DNA from: a virus
Taxonomy: Duplodnaviria; Caudoviricetes
Virus record (IMG/VR): IMGVR_UViG_3300035088_000004
Coordinates: 473-64,472 of that record
Strand: one strand, 5' to 3'
Length of the DNA: 64,000 nt
Within the stretch, counting starts at the first letter, position 1. Each line of letters starts with the position of its first letter. The translations under genes were made by a program, and so were the position numbers. Under the pieces are notes generated by a model. It saw nothing but the letters and a program-made list of their open reading frames with translations, did not search any database and was not told where the DNA came from. Of the stretch, positions 8,829-18,752 are shown piece after piece.

Positions 8829-9989
8829 ATGTCAGATCACGTCCTAATAACTAAAGAAACATGTCCTTGCGATAAGCGATTAGATGACCAATGTAATGTT
8901 TGCGATGGCGGGTTAGCTATTTGTTCAATTTGCGGGAAGGCTGAAATTGAACTCGCGCAACCATGTACTCCACGCCATCGTTATTCATATTCCCAAATCT
9001 CTACTTACACTTCCTGTCCTACTCTATATAAGCTTAGATATGAAGATTCATTGGTCCATATTAGTGAGAGCGAGCACGACTTGCGCTTTGGCAAGGCCTG
9101 GGATGCGGCGCTAAATGCGCTGTACTCAGGTAGTGGTATTGTACTGGCTAAGTCTGCCTTTATTGAAACCTATCCTCAAGCTGAATATCCCAACGCGCTG
9201 CCCTACTGGTCCCCAGGAAAGACATTCACCGGAGGTCTAGTGGCAATCCAAGAGTATGTAGACAAATGGCGGGACGAAGATCAGTGGTGGGAGATAGTTA
9301 GTGTTCAATCGCGTGACCAGCATGAAACGGATGACGGAGATTCGCGCACGGTAGTATTGGATCTGGTGGTGAGGGATAGGCGGGATGGACTAGTCTATGG
9401 GGTGGACAACAAATCAACCGGGAAATATCTCAATGGCGACTTCTGGCTACAGTTCGATCCACATAGTCAGATTCGTCAGTATGTAGATCACCTCCAGCGC
9501 AAGTATGGCGAGTGTGGCGGGTTCTATATTAACGCTACTAGCTTTCGTACTCGTACAAAAGCCTACACACCGCGCACTGGACCGGACAAAGGTATCCAAC
9601 TCCCGGCGGGAGACTGGCGTGACTTCAAGCGCATGTCGTTTAATCCCAACTCAGACGCGGTTCAAGCCGAGCGCGATAACTTCACTTCTTGGGTGCGGAA
9701 GATTGAACATGATAGAGAGGCTGGACTATGGGGCTACAACACTAACTACTGCAAGCGTGGTCCAATTATCTGCCCTTATCATGCTATTTGCTCCGCTGGC
9801 TATCAGTGGCCACGGGATGCGGAGTTGATTGAAGCGCAATATAGACAAAGATGTATGAGGATAGCAGCGAATGGGGAGCGATGCTGGTTGGAACCAGAGC
9901 ATAAAGGTGAGCATGATGCGACGCGACCTGTGCGGGCGGATTTTCAAATAGACCTGAGTGAGGAGATTGAGGAGGCGGTGAGCGACTAA
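8829..9989 (+). CDS. PD-(D/E)XK (RecB/Cas4-like) exonuclease
   Basis: YSYSQISTYTSCP...VLDLVV...GVDNKST...C..CPY...C; start could be 8802. Confidence 0.85.
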   Translation: MSDHVLITKETCPCDKRLDDQCNVCDGGLAICSICGKAEIELAQPCTPRHRYSYSQISTYTSCPTLYKLRYEDSLVHISESEHDLRFGKAWDAALNALYSGSGIVLAKSAFIETYPQAEYPNALPYWSPGKTFTGGLVAIQEYVDKWRDEDQWWEIVSVQSRDQHETDDGDSRTVVLDLVVRDRRDGLVYGVDNKSTGKYLNGDFWLQFDPHSQIRQYVDHLQRKYGECGGFYINATSFRTRTKAYTPRTGPDKGIQLPAGDWRDFKRMSFNPNSDAVQAERDNFTSWVRKIEHDREAGLWGYNTNYCKRGPIICPYHAICSAGYQWPRDAELIEAQYRQRCMRIAANGERCWLEPEHKGEHDATRPVRADFQIDLSEEIEEAVSD

Positions 9990-11023
9990 TGCCCTATATA
10001 AACAAAGCTGAGTTTCTAAAGCCTAACGGTCTATCCATCTGGCTCAACGGGGGAGCGGGGAGTGGAAAGACACTCCAGGGTATGACTTTTCCAAAGGTAA
10101 TGATTGTCACGTTTGATCCAACTGGGACAGACGTACTACGCCAACCGGAGAACCAGAAGTACATCGACAACCTCGTTATCCATGTACCCTTGAACGGTAT
10201 CCCGCTTAACGAAGTATTCCAGTTTACCGAAACACCCAGCGAGCAGAGTATCTATGGCGCACTCGCGCTGGCGCGTAAACTTGGGCCAATGGGAGAGAGG
10301 CGGATTGAGACAGTATTTCTGGATGGGTTTAACTATCTTGCCACCTTGAAGTGGACGCAGATATGCGAGTCGAAGGGGGTAGTGTGGACTGAGAAGCAGA
10401 CGATGGATCGGAGGGAAGCTGATCAGCGTGGCTGGTATGATGCACTAGGGTCATACTTAGACCATCTGGTCCTGCAAAACCTACTCCCACTAGCGACACG
10501 CGACAGGCTCAATGTGATAGTTAGCTCCCATGTTCAAAGAGAGTCCAAGAACACGATTGAGGGCATTCAGGGAACTAGCACTAAGACAACCGAACTGGCT
10601 AATGCGAGCAAGCGGCAAGTCAACCTGGATTCGGATTTGAGTCCACAGGTCTTAGGCTCATTCCGACAACGCATTGCCGGACTACCGAGTGCAATGATCT
10701 ATTTAGAGGATCGGTTGGAACAAGACAAGGATGGCAAAGAGGTGGTCCAATACTACGCTTATTGTCGTCGCACGAGAAGTGAATCACTGGATACCGTGAT
10801 ACTGGCTAAGAACAGGTTTGGACTGGGAACACTGAGGCTGACGAATGGAAATTTGTACAAGACAATTCTAGCTAAGATTACCAATAACTCTCCTACTAGT
10901 TCTGTTACCGACTCTCCTGCTGGTTCTCTTACAAATAATCCAACGACTACGAATAACGCTGCTCAGTCTCAAGCTGAGAGCACGCCACCAATAACACCAA
11001 CAACTAAAACTAAAGGAGCATAA
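9989..11023 (+). CDS. AAA_24/Sak4-like ATPase (recombination)
   Basis: GGAGSGKT Walker A, TVFLDG Walker B, AKNRFGL; context between nuclease and SSB-like gene. Confidence 0.8.
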   Translation: MPYINKAEFLKPNGLSIWLNGGAGSGKTLQGMTFPKVMIVTFDPTGTDVLRQPENQKYIDNLVIHVPLNGIPLNEVFQFTETPSEQSIYGALALARKLGPMGERRIETVFLDGFNYLATLKWTQICESKGVVWTEKQTMDRREADQRGWYDALGSYLDHLVLQNLLPLATRDRLNVIVSSHVQRESKNTIEGIQGTSTKTTELANASKRQVNLDSDLSPQVLGSFRQRIAGLPSAMIYLEDRLEQDKDGKEVVQYYAYCRRTRSESLDTVILAKNRFGLGTLRLTNGNLYKTILAKITNNSPTSSVTDSPAGSLTNNPTTTNNAAQSQAESTPPITPTTKTKGA

Positions 11024-11026
11024 GCA

Positions 11027-11677
11027 ATGAGTTACGAGAACGATGAAGTCGCAGAGGAAATCGACGATACCCCAAACTGGGTCAAGGAGGGAACTGAGGA
11101 CGATGAGTTTGCTGTAGCGGGTGAAGACATTCACGCGGCCGAGCAGATGGAGCGGTCAGACGTAATTGAACCGGCGAAGGGTGTAGAGGTCTACATTAAG
11201 TCGGTTAAGGTTGATGTCTACACACCGGAGGGTGAGACGGATTGGAAGCTTGCTAACCTGGAACCGATGATTGTGGTAGGAGAGAAGGGGGTGGATGGCA
11301 AGGGTAAGTATAAGAACAAACACTTCTTCCCTCGCATTCTTAGCGCGGTGAACCGTGACAAGTACAACTTCAAGGTCAACGCTGCCGGGAAGGATACAAA
11401 GTACTACGAGCCGGATGGTAATGGATTCGGTGACTACAATGCCTTCCTGACTGCGTTGGGATTTCCGACTAATCCAGCGCCATACAACGATGCGAAGTTT
11501 CGCAAGTCACTGGTAGGCCGTAGGCTGATTGTTGACATCACAAAGGACCGCCGACAGGTCAAGGATAACGTGACAGGTAAGTATGTCTACGTTGACGAAT
11601 ACGAGAACAAACTTATCTATCGTGGTCAACCCAAAGCAGCGGCCAAGCCAGATGTAGCGGAGGCGGCGCAAGCTTAG
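11027..11677 (+). CDS. Probable ssDNA-binding protein
   Basis: Follows Sak4-like gene; beta-rich, acidic end; inferred from context. Confidence 0.55.
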   Translation: MSYENDEVAEEIDDTPNWVKEGTEDDEFAVAGEDIHAAEQMERSDVIEPAKGVEVYIKSVKVDVYTPEGETDWKLANLEPMIVVGEKGVDGKGKYKNKHFFPRILSAVNRDKYNFKVNAAGKDTKYYEPDGNGFGDYNAFLTALGFPTNPAPYNDAKFRKSLVGRRLIVDITKDRRQVKDNVTGKYVYVDEYENKLIYRGQPKAAAKPDVAEAAQA

Positions 11678-12153
11678 TGGACCAGCGCGAGGGTCAATGT
11701 GTGCATTGCGGCAATCCGGCATTGGGGGGCAGTGCCGGTAAAGGGGAGGAGGGTGAGCTAATCTGGTTCACTCTTCCCACCTTTCCCCCGAGCATGAATC
11801 GCTTGCACGATACGAACTACATGATACGTACTGGGGCGGTGAGATTGAATGATCAGGCTGCACTATGGAAGACCAGAACAATACCTTACATTGCTCCCTG
11901 TCGCTGGCCAGTGAGTTGGATGCTGAAGCTGACGCTGGTCTATGAGTCTCCCACGTGGTTGACAAAGGCGGGTAAGTTGAGGCGGATTGACGTACAGAAC
12001 CTGGAGAAGCTGGTTATCGATACTTGTTTTGCTAAGTGGGGCACGGATGATTCAAGACTGGTGGAAGTGACAAGCAAGAAAGCGTGGGGTAGGCAGGAAC
12101 AGATACAAGTATTGCTGGAGAGATCAATGGTTGTGCTGGGTAAGTCTGAATGA
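11677..12153 (+). CDS. RusA-like Holliday junction resolvase (divergent)
   Basis: LPTFPPSMN...RIDVQNLEKLVID...DDSRL. Confidence 0.7.
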   Translation: MDQREGQCVHCGNPALGGSAGKGEEGELIWFTLPTFPPSMNRLHDTNYMIRTGAVRLNDQAALWKTRTIPYIAPCRWPVSWMLKLTLVYESPTWLTKAGKLRRIDVQNLEKLVIDTCFAKWGTDDSRLVEVTSKKAWGRQEQIQVLLERSMVVLGKSE

Positions 12154-12719
12154 GTGGTCTATTTGACAACTGGGATGATGAACAGCCTGTCAGGCTGGTT
12201 GAGCAACCACCAGCACCCGCGGCGTGGCTCGGTTCAGCCTGCGTGTGGGGACCGGCGCAGACACAGGGTAGCAAGCGCGGGTTTGTGCATCCACAGCTTA
12301 AGAGAGTCGTGATAGTTGACGACAACGACAGAGCCTTGAAAGGCTGGCGGCAGGAACTAATCGACGCGATGCAGCGGACTAAGCCGGTTGCGGCGGTGGA
12401 TACCAGCGTGGCGGTTAGTATCGTCGTCTATGTCCTAAGGCCCAGAACCCACTACCGGACGAATGGCGAGTTGAAGCCCAACGCCCCGCGCGTTCCACCA
12501 GCAGGCCGCGACATCGACAAGATTGCTCGCGCCATCTTTGACGCTATGCAGATTGCCCAGTGGGTGACGAACGACGCGCGGGTGAGTGACTTGCATATGC
12601 GGCGGCGCTACGATGACGGGATCGGTGAACGGACCTGGATCTGGGCATGGGCCGTGAGTGAGCCTGATCAGCCGATGCCCACGCTGGATGAGACGATTGA
12701 CGTGGGTGAGGATAGATGA
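12150..12719 (+). CDS. rusA: RusA-family Holliday junction resolvase
   Basis: GPAQTQGSKR...RDIDKIARAIFDAM...NDARV. Confidence 0.8.
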   Translation: MSGLFDNWDDEQPVRLVEQPPAPAAWLGSACVWGPAQTQGSKRGFVHPQLKRVVIVDDNDRALKGWRQELIDAMQRTKPVAAVDTSVAVSIVVYVLRPRTHYRTNGELKPNAPRVPPAGRDIDKIARAIFDAMQIAQWVTNDARVSDLHMRRRYDDGIGERTWIWAWAVSEPDQPMPTLDETIDVGEDR

Positions 12720-12738
12720 TAACGAGAAGGAGTGAACT

Positions 12739-12933
12739 ATGGCGCTGGAACTAACAATCGATTGCTCTTACCATCAGAAAGACGATGACGCACGTCAGGA
12801 AACTATTAGCCTCAATACTATTGACGAACATACGGCGATGCGAATTAAGCAGCAACTTGAACGCAACGGCTGGATAGTGCAGTTCAACGGCGAACACATG
12901 GACACGTACTGCTCAAAGAGATGTGCACGATGA
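12739..12933 (+). CDS. Small zinc-ribbon-like protein
   Basis: SD AAGGAG; RNGW...YCSKRC. Confidence 0.65.
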   Translation: MALELTIDCSYHQKDDDARQETISLNTIDEHTAMRIKQQLERNGWIVQFNGEHMDTYCSKRCAR

Positions 12934-13151
12934 GCGAAGGAGCAAGCGCATACGCGTATAACGATGCTGTTAGGCGGGTTAGAGAACTTGAGAACCTTAA
13001 CTCGCTACTAGCCGAACAAATCGACAGGATGCGAGCTGTTACTACCGTCGCCGAGGTTATTGCCGATTATGGGTTTAGCGTCGCTCGCTACAACGATCTG
13101 CAAACGGTAGTCGATCGGTACCGCAATCAGATGGCCGAGGAGATGAAGTGA
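12930..13151 (+). CDS. Hypothetical coiled-coil protein
   Basis: ATGA coupling. Confidence 0.6.
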   Translation: MSEGASAYAYNDAVRRVRELENLNSLLAEQIDRMRAVTTVAEVIADYGFSVARYNDLQTVVDRYRNQMAEEMK

Positions 13152-13405
13152 CATCACCACGCAACCACTTCAATCCCATCATCCCCGGTGATCGTATCCC
13201 CGGCTCGCGTCTGACGGTGGTGCGACGGAGTGCCCACCCCCGCCTCCCCGGCAAACTCTACTGGGACTGTGTATGCGATTGTGGTAACACCCACACGGTG
13301 TATGACTACTCGCTGAAGTCCGGTGACGTGCGGTCGTGTGGGTGTTTACGCCGCGAGTCGATGGCAAGGGTGGGGCGGGGTGAGGGGCGGGAGGTGGTGA
13401 GATGA
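13148..13405 (+). CDS. Stand-alone domain typical of the N-terminus of phage HNH/AP2 proteins
   Basis: RLTVV...WDCVCDCGN...LKSGDVRSCGC; no nuclease domain follows. Confidence 0.7.
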   Translation: MTSPRNHFNPIIPGDRIPGSRLTVVRRSAHPRLPGKLYWDCVCDCGNTHTVYDYSLKSGDVRSCGCLRRESMARVGRGEGREVVR

Positions 13406-13587
13406 CGATGTGCGAGGGTTGCACTGCTGACGAACACTGGCGTTGCGGTTTGCAGACTTGGTGTCAATGTCCATGTGATGGTTCAACGGACTGCTATGAA
13501 GTTGACCCGGATTCAGGACTTGAGATGATCGAAGGCGACGATGATGACTGCTGCCACTTTCAAGATTGAGCAGAACGGAGACTAACT

Positions 13588-13854
13588 ATGACCAACCTAC
13601 ACGAACTAGCCACCAACGCTGAACTCAACCACTGGCCGCCGCATCTGGGCGTGACCACCGACGCGGAGAAGATTGCCTATCTGGCTGAAGCGTTACGGCA
13701 ATCAGAAGAACAACAAGTAAACGATGGAGAGATACGTGCTGAAATGCAAAATGAAATCGATAAATTGCGCGACGTGGCGCAAGATTTAGAGGAGCGGCTT
13801 GATTCTCTGAGAGACGATCTGGATGCGTTGAAAGAGAAGCTGGACGTTGAATGA
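13588..13854 (+). CDS. Coiled-coil hypothetical protein
   Basis: SD GGAG, heptads. Confidence 0.7.
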   Translation: MTNLHELATNAELNHWPPHLGVTTDAEKIAYLAEALRQSEEQQVNDGEIRAEMQNEIDKLRDVAQDLEERLDSLRDDLDALKEKLDVE

Positions 13855-14978
13855 TCACCATCCCCCGCAAATCGCTACTCGCTGAACTGCACCTATTGCA
13901 ATCGGTGCTGGAAGTTAAACTAACCATGCCGGTGTTGGCGTATGTCAGATTCGAACTGGTTGCCACCACTCTGACTCTAACTGCCACCAACCTCGACGTT
14001 AGCATCACCACGCAGATCGAGGCTGCCGGTGAGCCGTGGAGTGGATGTTTGCCGTTGGCGCAACTATACGCGTTGGTGAAGCTGCTCTACGATGAGACGA
14101 TTACCGTCACGCCGAAGGATGGAATTGTCGAGATCAAAGCTGGACGTGCGCGACATAAGTTACCAACAATGTCGGTCAGTGAATTCCCTGAGATTTCTCA
14201 AGCTAATGAGTCAGGCGTAACCCTACCAGCCGCTACGTTCAACTCCATGCTTTCTAGTATCGCATTTGCTGTTCTTACACCTTCCGATGGTCTGAGTCAA
14301 AGCCAACATCGGTTTACCGGCATCAGCATGATTGTCAGAGATAACCAGCTTTTACTAACCGCTACGAACATCATGCGACTGGCAACTACATCCTGCGCAG
14401 TTGAGTCGGATGCTAGCTTCGACGTAATCATTCCACGACAGGCGATTGGCGGGTTGATGAAGGTTGACGGCGGGGAAGTATCGATCGGTGTGACGGACAG
14501 CTTCCTTCACTTCACCAACGGGCTACGACGGATGCATGTCCGACGGCTGATTGACGATAAGTTCCCTGACTGGCGCTCCATGTTTCCGAAGTCCTACGAA
14601 CACACAGCGGAGCTTGCAACAGGTGAACTAAGCGCAGCCATTAAGCGAGCTATGTTAACTCAGAACGAGCGGCGCAACATGGTGATTGACGGACTGCGTT
14701 GGACCTGGGCCGGTGGCGAGTTGCTGATTGAGACTCGGGGCGGGGATCTCGGCAAGTCGGATGAAGTGGTTGCTGTTACCTGCGCCTCTCTCAACGGATC
14801 ATCTGTGGCGCTAGGGATGAACGGGCAACAGGTGATTGACGCGTTGTCACTGCTGGGCGAGAGAGTGGTGTGTGGTTTCTCGGCTGGTACCTTTGTCGTT
14901 AAGATGAAGCCGCAACAACCATCCCCGGTCAACTTTACCTATTACATCAACACGGTGAGCCTAAAGAACTGGCAATGA
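13851..14978 (+). CDS. dnaN: DNA polymerase III beta sliding clamp homolog
   Basis: 375 aa; MPVLAYV...TATNLDVSI...EFPEI...ATNIMRLA...RLIDDKFPDWR. Confidence 0.9.
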   Translation: MITIPRKSLLAELHLLQSVLEVKLTMPVLAYVRFELVATTLTLTATNLDVSITTQIEAAGEPWSGCLPLAQLYALVKLLYDETITVTPKDGIVEIKAGRARHKLPTMSVSEFPEISQANESGVTLPAATFNSMLSSIAFAVLTPSDGLSQSQHRFTGISMIVRDNQLLLTATNIMRLATTSCAVESDASFDVIIPRQAIGGLMKVDGGEVSIGVTDSFLHFTNGLRRMHVRRLIDDKFPDWRSMFPKSYEHTAELATGELSAAIKRAMLTQNERRNMVIDGLRWTWAGGELLIETRGGDLGKSDEVVAVTCASLNGSSVALGMNGQQVIDALSLLGERVVCGFSAGTFVVKMKPQQPSPVNFTYYINTVSLKNWQ

Positions 14979-15135
14979 AACGTAAACGCTACTACATCAT
15001 CGCGCAACGTTACCCCTGCTATGACGGCTCACGGCCTCTTAGCTTTGCGATCTATCGCGGCAGCACCTTCCTTGCTTACTCATGGTCGCTAGCCCGCGCC
15101 TGGGTTGCTCTGCAATGGATTAAGCGAGGGTGTCA

Positions 15136-17460
15136 ATGAGCTACACTGACTTTCTTGAATCCAAGCGCATCACGGTTGTGCCAAGTGGGTTCACTCCAGC
15201 CGCACTCAACCCGATGCTGTTTGATTTCCAGCGAGACGTAGACTGCTGGGCGCTGGAACGAGGGAAGGCGGCGCTGTTTGAAGATTGCGGTTTGGGTAAG
15301 AGTCCGCAGCAGTTGGTGTGGGCCGAGCAGGTGGTCCATCGCTACAACAAGCCAGTGCTGATCCTTGCTCCACTAGCAGTCAGTAAACAGACTATTCGTG
15401 AAGGTGAGAAGTTCGGTATTGAAGCGCGGCTGGCAAAGGAACAGTCGGATGTCACGACACCCGCGATCTACGTGACTAACTACGAGAAGCTAAATCACTT
15501 TAATCCATCAGTATTCGCCGGGGTTGTGCTCGATGAATCGTCAATCCTCAAGTCGTTCACCGGAGCCACGCGCAACCAGTTGATTGAGTGTTTTGCCAAC
15601 ACGCCGATGAAGCTATGCTGCACCGCTACCCCTGCGCCAAATGACTTCATGGAGTTGGGCAATCACTCTGAGTTCTTAGGCGTGCTTACCCGAACCGAAA
15701 TGCTCTCCACGTTCTTTGTCCATGACGGTGGCGACACTAGCAAGTGGCGGCTTAAGGGTCATGCGGAGGAAGAATATTGGAAGTGGATCTGTCAGTGGGC
15801 GGTCATGCTGCGTCAGCCGTCGGATCTTGGTTACGACAACAATGGATTTGTACTGCCGCAGTTAAATTACCATCATCACGTAGTGAAGAGCGAGAAGGCG
15901 ATTGACGGGTTTCTCTTTCCGGTTGAAGCGCAGACATTGACCGAGCGCCGAGGGGCCCGTCGCGCGTCATTAAATGAACGTGTTGAACTATGTGCGGCGC
16001 TGGTCAATGAGTCCGTCGAACCGTGGCTGATCTGGTGTGACCTTAACGATGAAGGCGACGCGCTGGCGAAGTTAATTCCCGACGCGGTTCAAGTGGCTGG
16101 CAGGGATAAGGACAGTGACAAAGAGTCACGGATGTTCGGGTTTAGCGACGGGCATCATCGCGTGCTGATCAGTAAGCCGTCCATCTGCGGCTGGGGCATG
16201 AATTGGCAGCACTGCGCCAACGTTGCCTTCGTCGGTTTGTCCGACTCATGGGAGCAGTGGTATCAAGCCATCAGGCGAGTCTGGCGGTTCGGTCAAACGC
16301 GTGAAGTCAACTGTCACGTTATCACGTCTGAGGCCGAAGGTGCGGTGGTGCGCAACATCCAGCGCAAGGAGGCCGACGCCGCACGCATGGCAAAGGAGAT
16401 GGTCAAGCATATGAGTGTTTATAATACCGAGGCGGTTAAAGGGACGGTGAGGACGGCAGACAGTTACAAGACGAAAGTTGAAACAGGCGATGGATGGGAG
16501 ATGCATCTTGGCGATTGCGTGGAACAAATCGCTGACGTGAAAGATGAGAGCGTTCACTATTCGATATTTTCTCCACCGTTCATCTCGTTGTATGTTTACA
16601 GTGCGCTAGAGAGAGACATGGGAAATGCCCGGAGCGATGATGAATTTTACACCCACTTTCAGTTTCTTATAAAGGAACTTCATCGCGTACTACTACCGGG
16701 ACGATTGTTATCTTTTCACTGCATGGATATTCCCGCGATGAAAGAACGTGATGGCTATATCGGGCTGAAAGATTTCCCCGGCGATCTAATCCGCATGTTT
16801 CAAGCGCAAGGATTCATCTATCACTCACGAGCGGCTATATGGAAAGATCCGTTAGTTGAGGCAACACGAACAAAAGCACTTGGGCTAATGCATAAACAAG
16901 TTGTTAAGGATAGCGCAATGAGCAGACAAGGATTGCCTGACTATCTTATCACTATGCGCAAACCAGGTGATAACAGTGAGCCAATTTCACGGCCTAAGGG
17001 ATTCATTGAGTTCATTGGTGATGATGAACCAAAGGCGCGTAAGGGTGATCCCGTAATAAGATCCCGCGACATAGAAAAGTATCAGGGAATGACTAGCGAT
17101 GATCCTGTTTACTCACATCAAGTTTGGCGGCGTTATGCGTCTCCTGTGTGGATGGATATAAATCAATCTAACACGTTACAGCGTGAATCCGCACGAGAGG
17201 ATGCTGACGAGAGGCACGTATGTCCTCTACAGTTGCAAGTAATTGAACGCGCACTGGAGCTATGGACCAACGCAAATGACGTAGTCCTTGATCCCTTTGC
17301 CGGCATTGGCTCAACTGGCTATGTCAGCCTGCAACATGGGCGGCGATTCATCGGGTTTGAGTTGAAAGAGAGCTATTTTAAACAGGCAGTTGCTAATCTG
17401 CGGGCTGCTGAGACGGTTACGCAAACAGGATTGTTCGCGGTGGCGGGTGAGAAAAGATGA
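15136..17460 (+). CDS. SNF2-type helicase fused to beta-class amino-DNA methyltransferase
   Basis: DCGLGKS, LDESS, TATP, QAIRRVWRFGQ; then FSPPF (motif IV) and DPFAGIGST (motif I). Confidence 0.9.
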   Translation: MSYTDFLESKRITVVPSGFTPAALNPMLFDFQRDVDCWALERGKAALFEDCGLGKSPQQLVWAEQVVHRYNKPVLILAPLAVSKQTIREGEKFGIEARLAKEQSDVTTPAIYVTNYEKLNHFNPSVFAGVVLDESSILKSFTGATRNQLIECFANTPMKLCCTATPAPNDFMELGNHSEFLGVLTRTEMLSTFFVHDGGDTSKWRLKGHAEEEYWKWICQWAVMLRQPSDLGYDNNGFVLPQLNYHHHVVKSEKAIDGFLFPVEAQTLTERRGARRASLNERVELCAALVNESVEPWLIWCDLNDEGDALAKLIPDAVQVAGRDKDSDKESRMFGFSDGHHRVLISKPSICGWGMNWQHCANVAFVGLSDSWEQWYQAIRRVWRFGQTREVNCHVITSEAEGAVVRNIQRKEADAARMAKEMVKHMSVYNTEAVKGTVRTADSYKTKVETGDGWEMHLGDCVEQIADVKDESVHYSIFSPPFISLYVYSALERDMGNARSDDEFYTHFQFLIKELHRVLLPGRLLSFHCMDIPAMKERDGYIGLKDFPGDLIRMFQAQGFIYHSRAAIWKDPLVEATRTKALGLMHKQVVKDSAMSRQGLPDYLITMRKPGDNSEPISRPKGFIEFIGDDEPKARKGDPVIRSRDIEKYQGMTSDDPVYSHQVWRRYASPVWMDINQSNTLQRESAREDADERHVCPLQLQVIERALELWTNANDVVLDPFAGIGSTGYVSLQHGRRFIGFELKESYFKQAVANLRAAETVTQTGLFAVAGEKR

Positions 17461-17638
17461 CCGCCTTTCCACCACCACCACTCGCGACGAATTCAACGCG
17501 GTGGTTGAGGAGGTGAAGCGGGTCGGGTGCGTGACGCGAGACGACGGCAGAAAGAACCACGTCTTTCTAGACCATAGCAATATCTGCCAGTGTAGGGATG
17601 TTGATTTGAATGCTTATCGAAGGATGGAGTTGAGATGA
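17446..17638 (+). CDS. Hypothetical protein
   Basis: Frame of track ORF 17390-17638, likely GTG start. Confidence 0.45.
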
Positions 17639-17995
17639 CGACAACAACCGAAGCCAAACAATTGCCGCTATCATTTGCGGATTACATGCTCAGTCACATC
17701 GCGCAGGAGGTGCGCGGAGATCATTGTGCGGATTACGAAGGCGCAACACTTTGGTCTCAATGAAAAAGAACCGGGCCAGGATCTTACTAACCAGGAGCGC
17801 GTCCTGTATGAGTTTTGCGATCTCTTGGCTCTGTGTGAAGTTGCACGTGACGCTGGAATACTGCCAGATGTTGCGGGCGGCGTAACTGATGGACGTGTCG
17901 AATCGAAGAAGCTTAAGGCTGAAAAGTTCCGTGAGGTATTCAATTGAGCTAGGACGATTGAGCGCAAACAGTTGAGTGAGCGGAGGATGAAGTGA
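17635..17995 (+). pseudogene. MazG-like NTP pyrophosphatase gene, frameshifted and with an internal stop
   Basis: Removing one G at 17709-17710 gives HIAQECAEIIVRITKAQHFG...YEFCDL; frame continues past TGA 17945 to a stop coupled to the next GTG. Confidence 0.6.
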
Positions 17996-18525
17996 TAGCG
18001 GCGGTGATAAAACAGGTTGTCTACCACGTTGGCGACAAGGTTCGCGTTGTTGAGCCGTTGCAAGTTATCCGTGTAGGTTATCCTCTAACTAAGGAAGATG
18101 CACTGAGGGCAGTCGAAGAAGAATACGCGCAGAAAGTCGCTGATTTTATCGTCAGTGTAACAGGACAACCAATCGGGCTAACCAACACCGATCCGCGACT
18201 CTGCGCCGATCTGATGGACGCGCTAGCATCGTACTGGATTCGCTCCAAAGGATTTGGCGGCAAGGAGCGGAAGATTTACACAGAAGTCAACGAGCGACTA
18301 CGCAACACCTCCGGTTGGACCGTGATAAGTAAGCGCCATGTCAAGACTGGAACCTATTGCGCTGGTGGTTACTCGGGCGGCTATGACGGAGAGCCGGATT
18401 ACGATCCACCGCATCTCAGCGGAGAGCAGACGCACACGCTACTGACCATTGAGCCGCGCGATTGGAAGTTGAGTCTAACTGCGATTGAAATCGAGGCGGT
18501 GAACGTGGAGAAGGAAGCGCAATGA
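17992..18525 (+). CDS. Hypothetical protein
   Basis: SD GGAGG; 177 aa. Confidence 0.75.
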   Translation: MIAAVIKQVVYHVGDKVRVVEPLQVIRVGYPLTKEDALRAVEEEYAQKVADFIVSVTGQPIGLTNTDPRLCADLMDALASYWIRSKGFGGKERKIYTEVNERLRNTSGWTVISKRHVKTGTYCAGGYSGGYDGEPDYDPPHLSGEQTHTLLTIEPRDWKLSLTAIEIEAVNVEKEAQ

Positions 18526-18752
18526 CCACCACCCCTCCTCCACCCACCACTAGACTCGGCATTGCGATTGACTTGGACCAGTTGCGTGGGTTGATGCGGG
18601 AGTTCATCGATGAACAGAAGCGTGACTATCCTGAGCAGCACGAAACAGAATTAGCTTTTGAGGTGTTCCTCCAGTGGCTACGACAGCGGCAGCGTGAATC
18701 ACCCGACAACAACATCCTGACGTTTAGAGTTGAGAAGGGAACAGGTAAATGA
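18522..18752 (+). CDS. Hypothetical protein
   Basis: Coupled ORF. Confidence 0.65.
   Translation: MTTTPPPPTTRLGIAIDLDQLRGLMREFIDEQKRDYPEQHETELAFEVFLQWLRQRQRESPDNNILTFRVEKGTGK

Noticed and set aside
8829-9989. CRISPR-associated Cas4
   Set aside because: Context with a Sak4-like ATPase and SSB-like gene indicates an ordinary recombination nuclease.
13148-13405. Mobile homing endonuclease
   Set aside because: Only the N-terminal Cys domain is present; no HNH motif follows.
17945-17947. Genome-wide stop-codon reassignment
   Set aside because: Large genes are intact in the standard code and all three stops are used as true ends.
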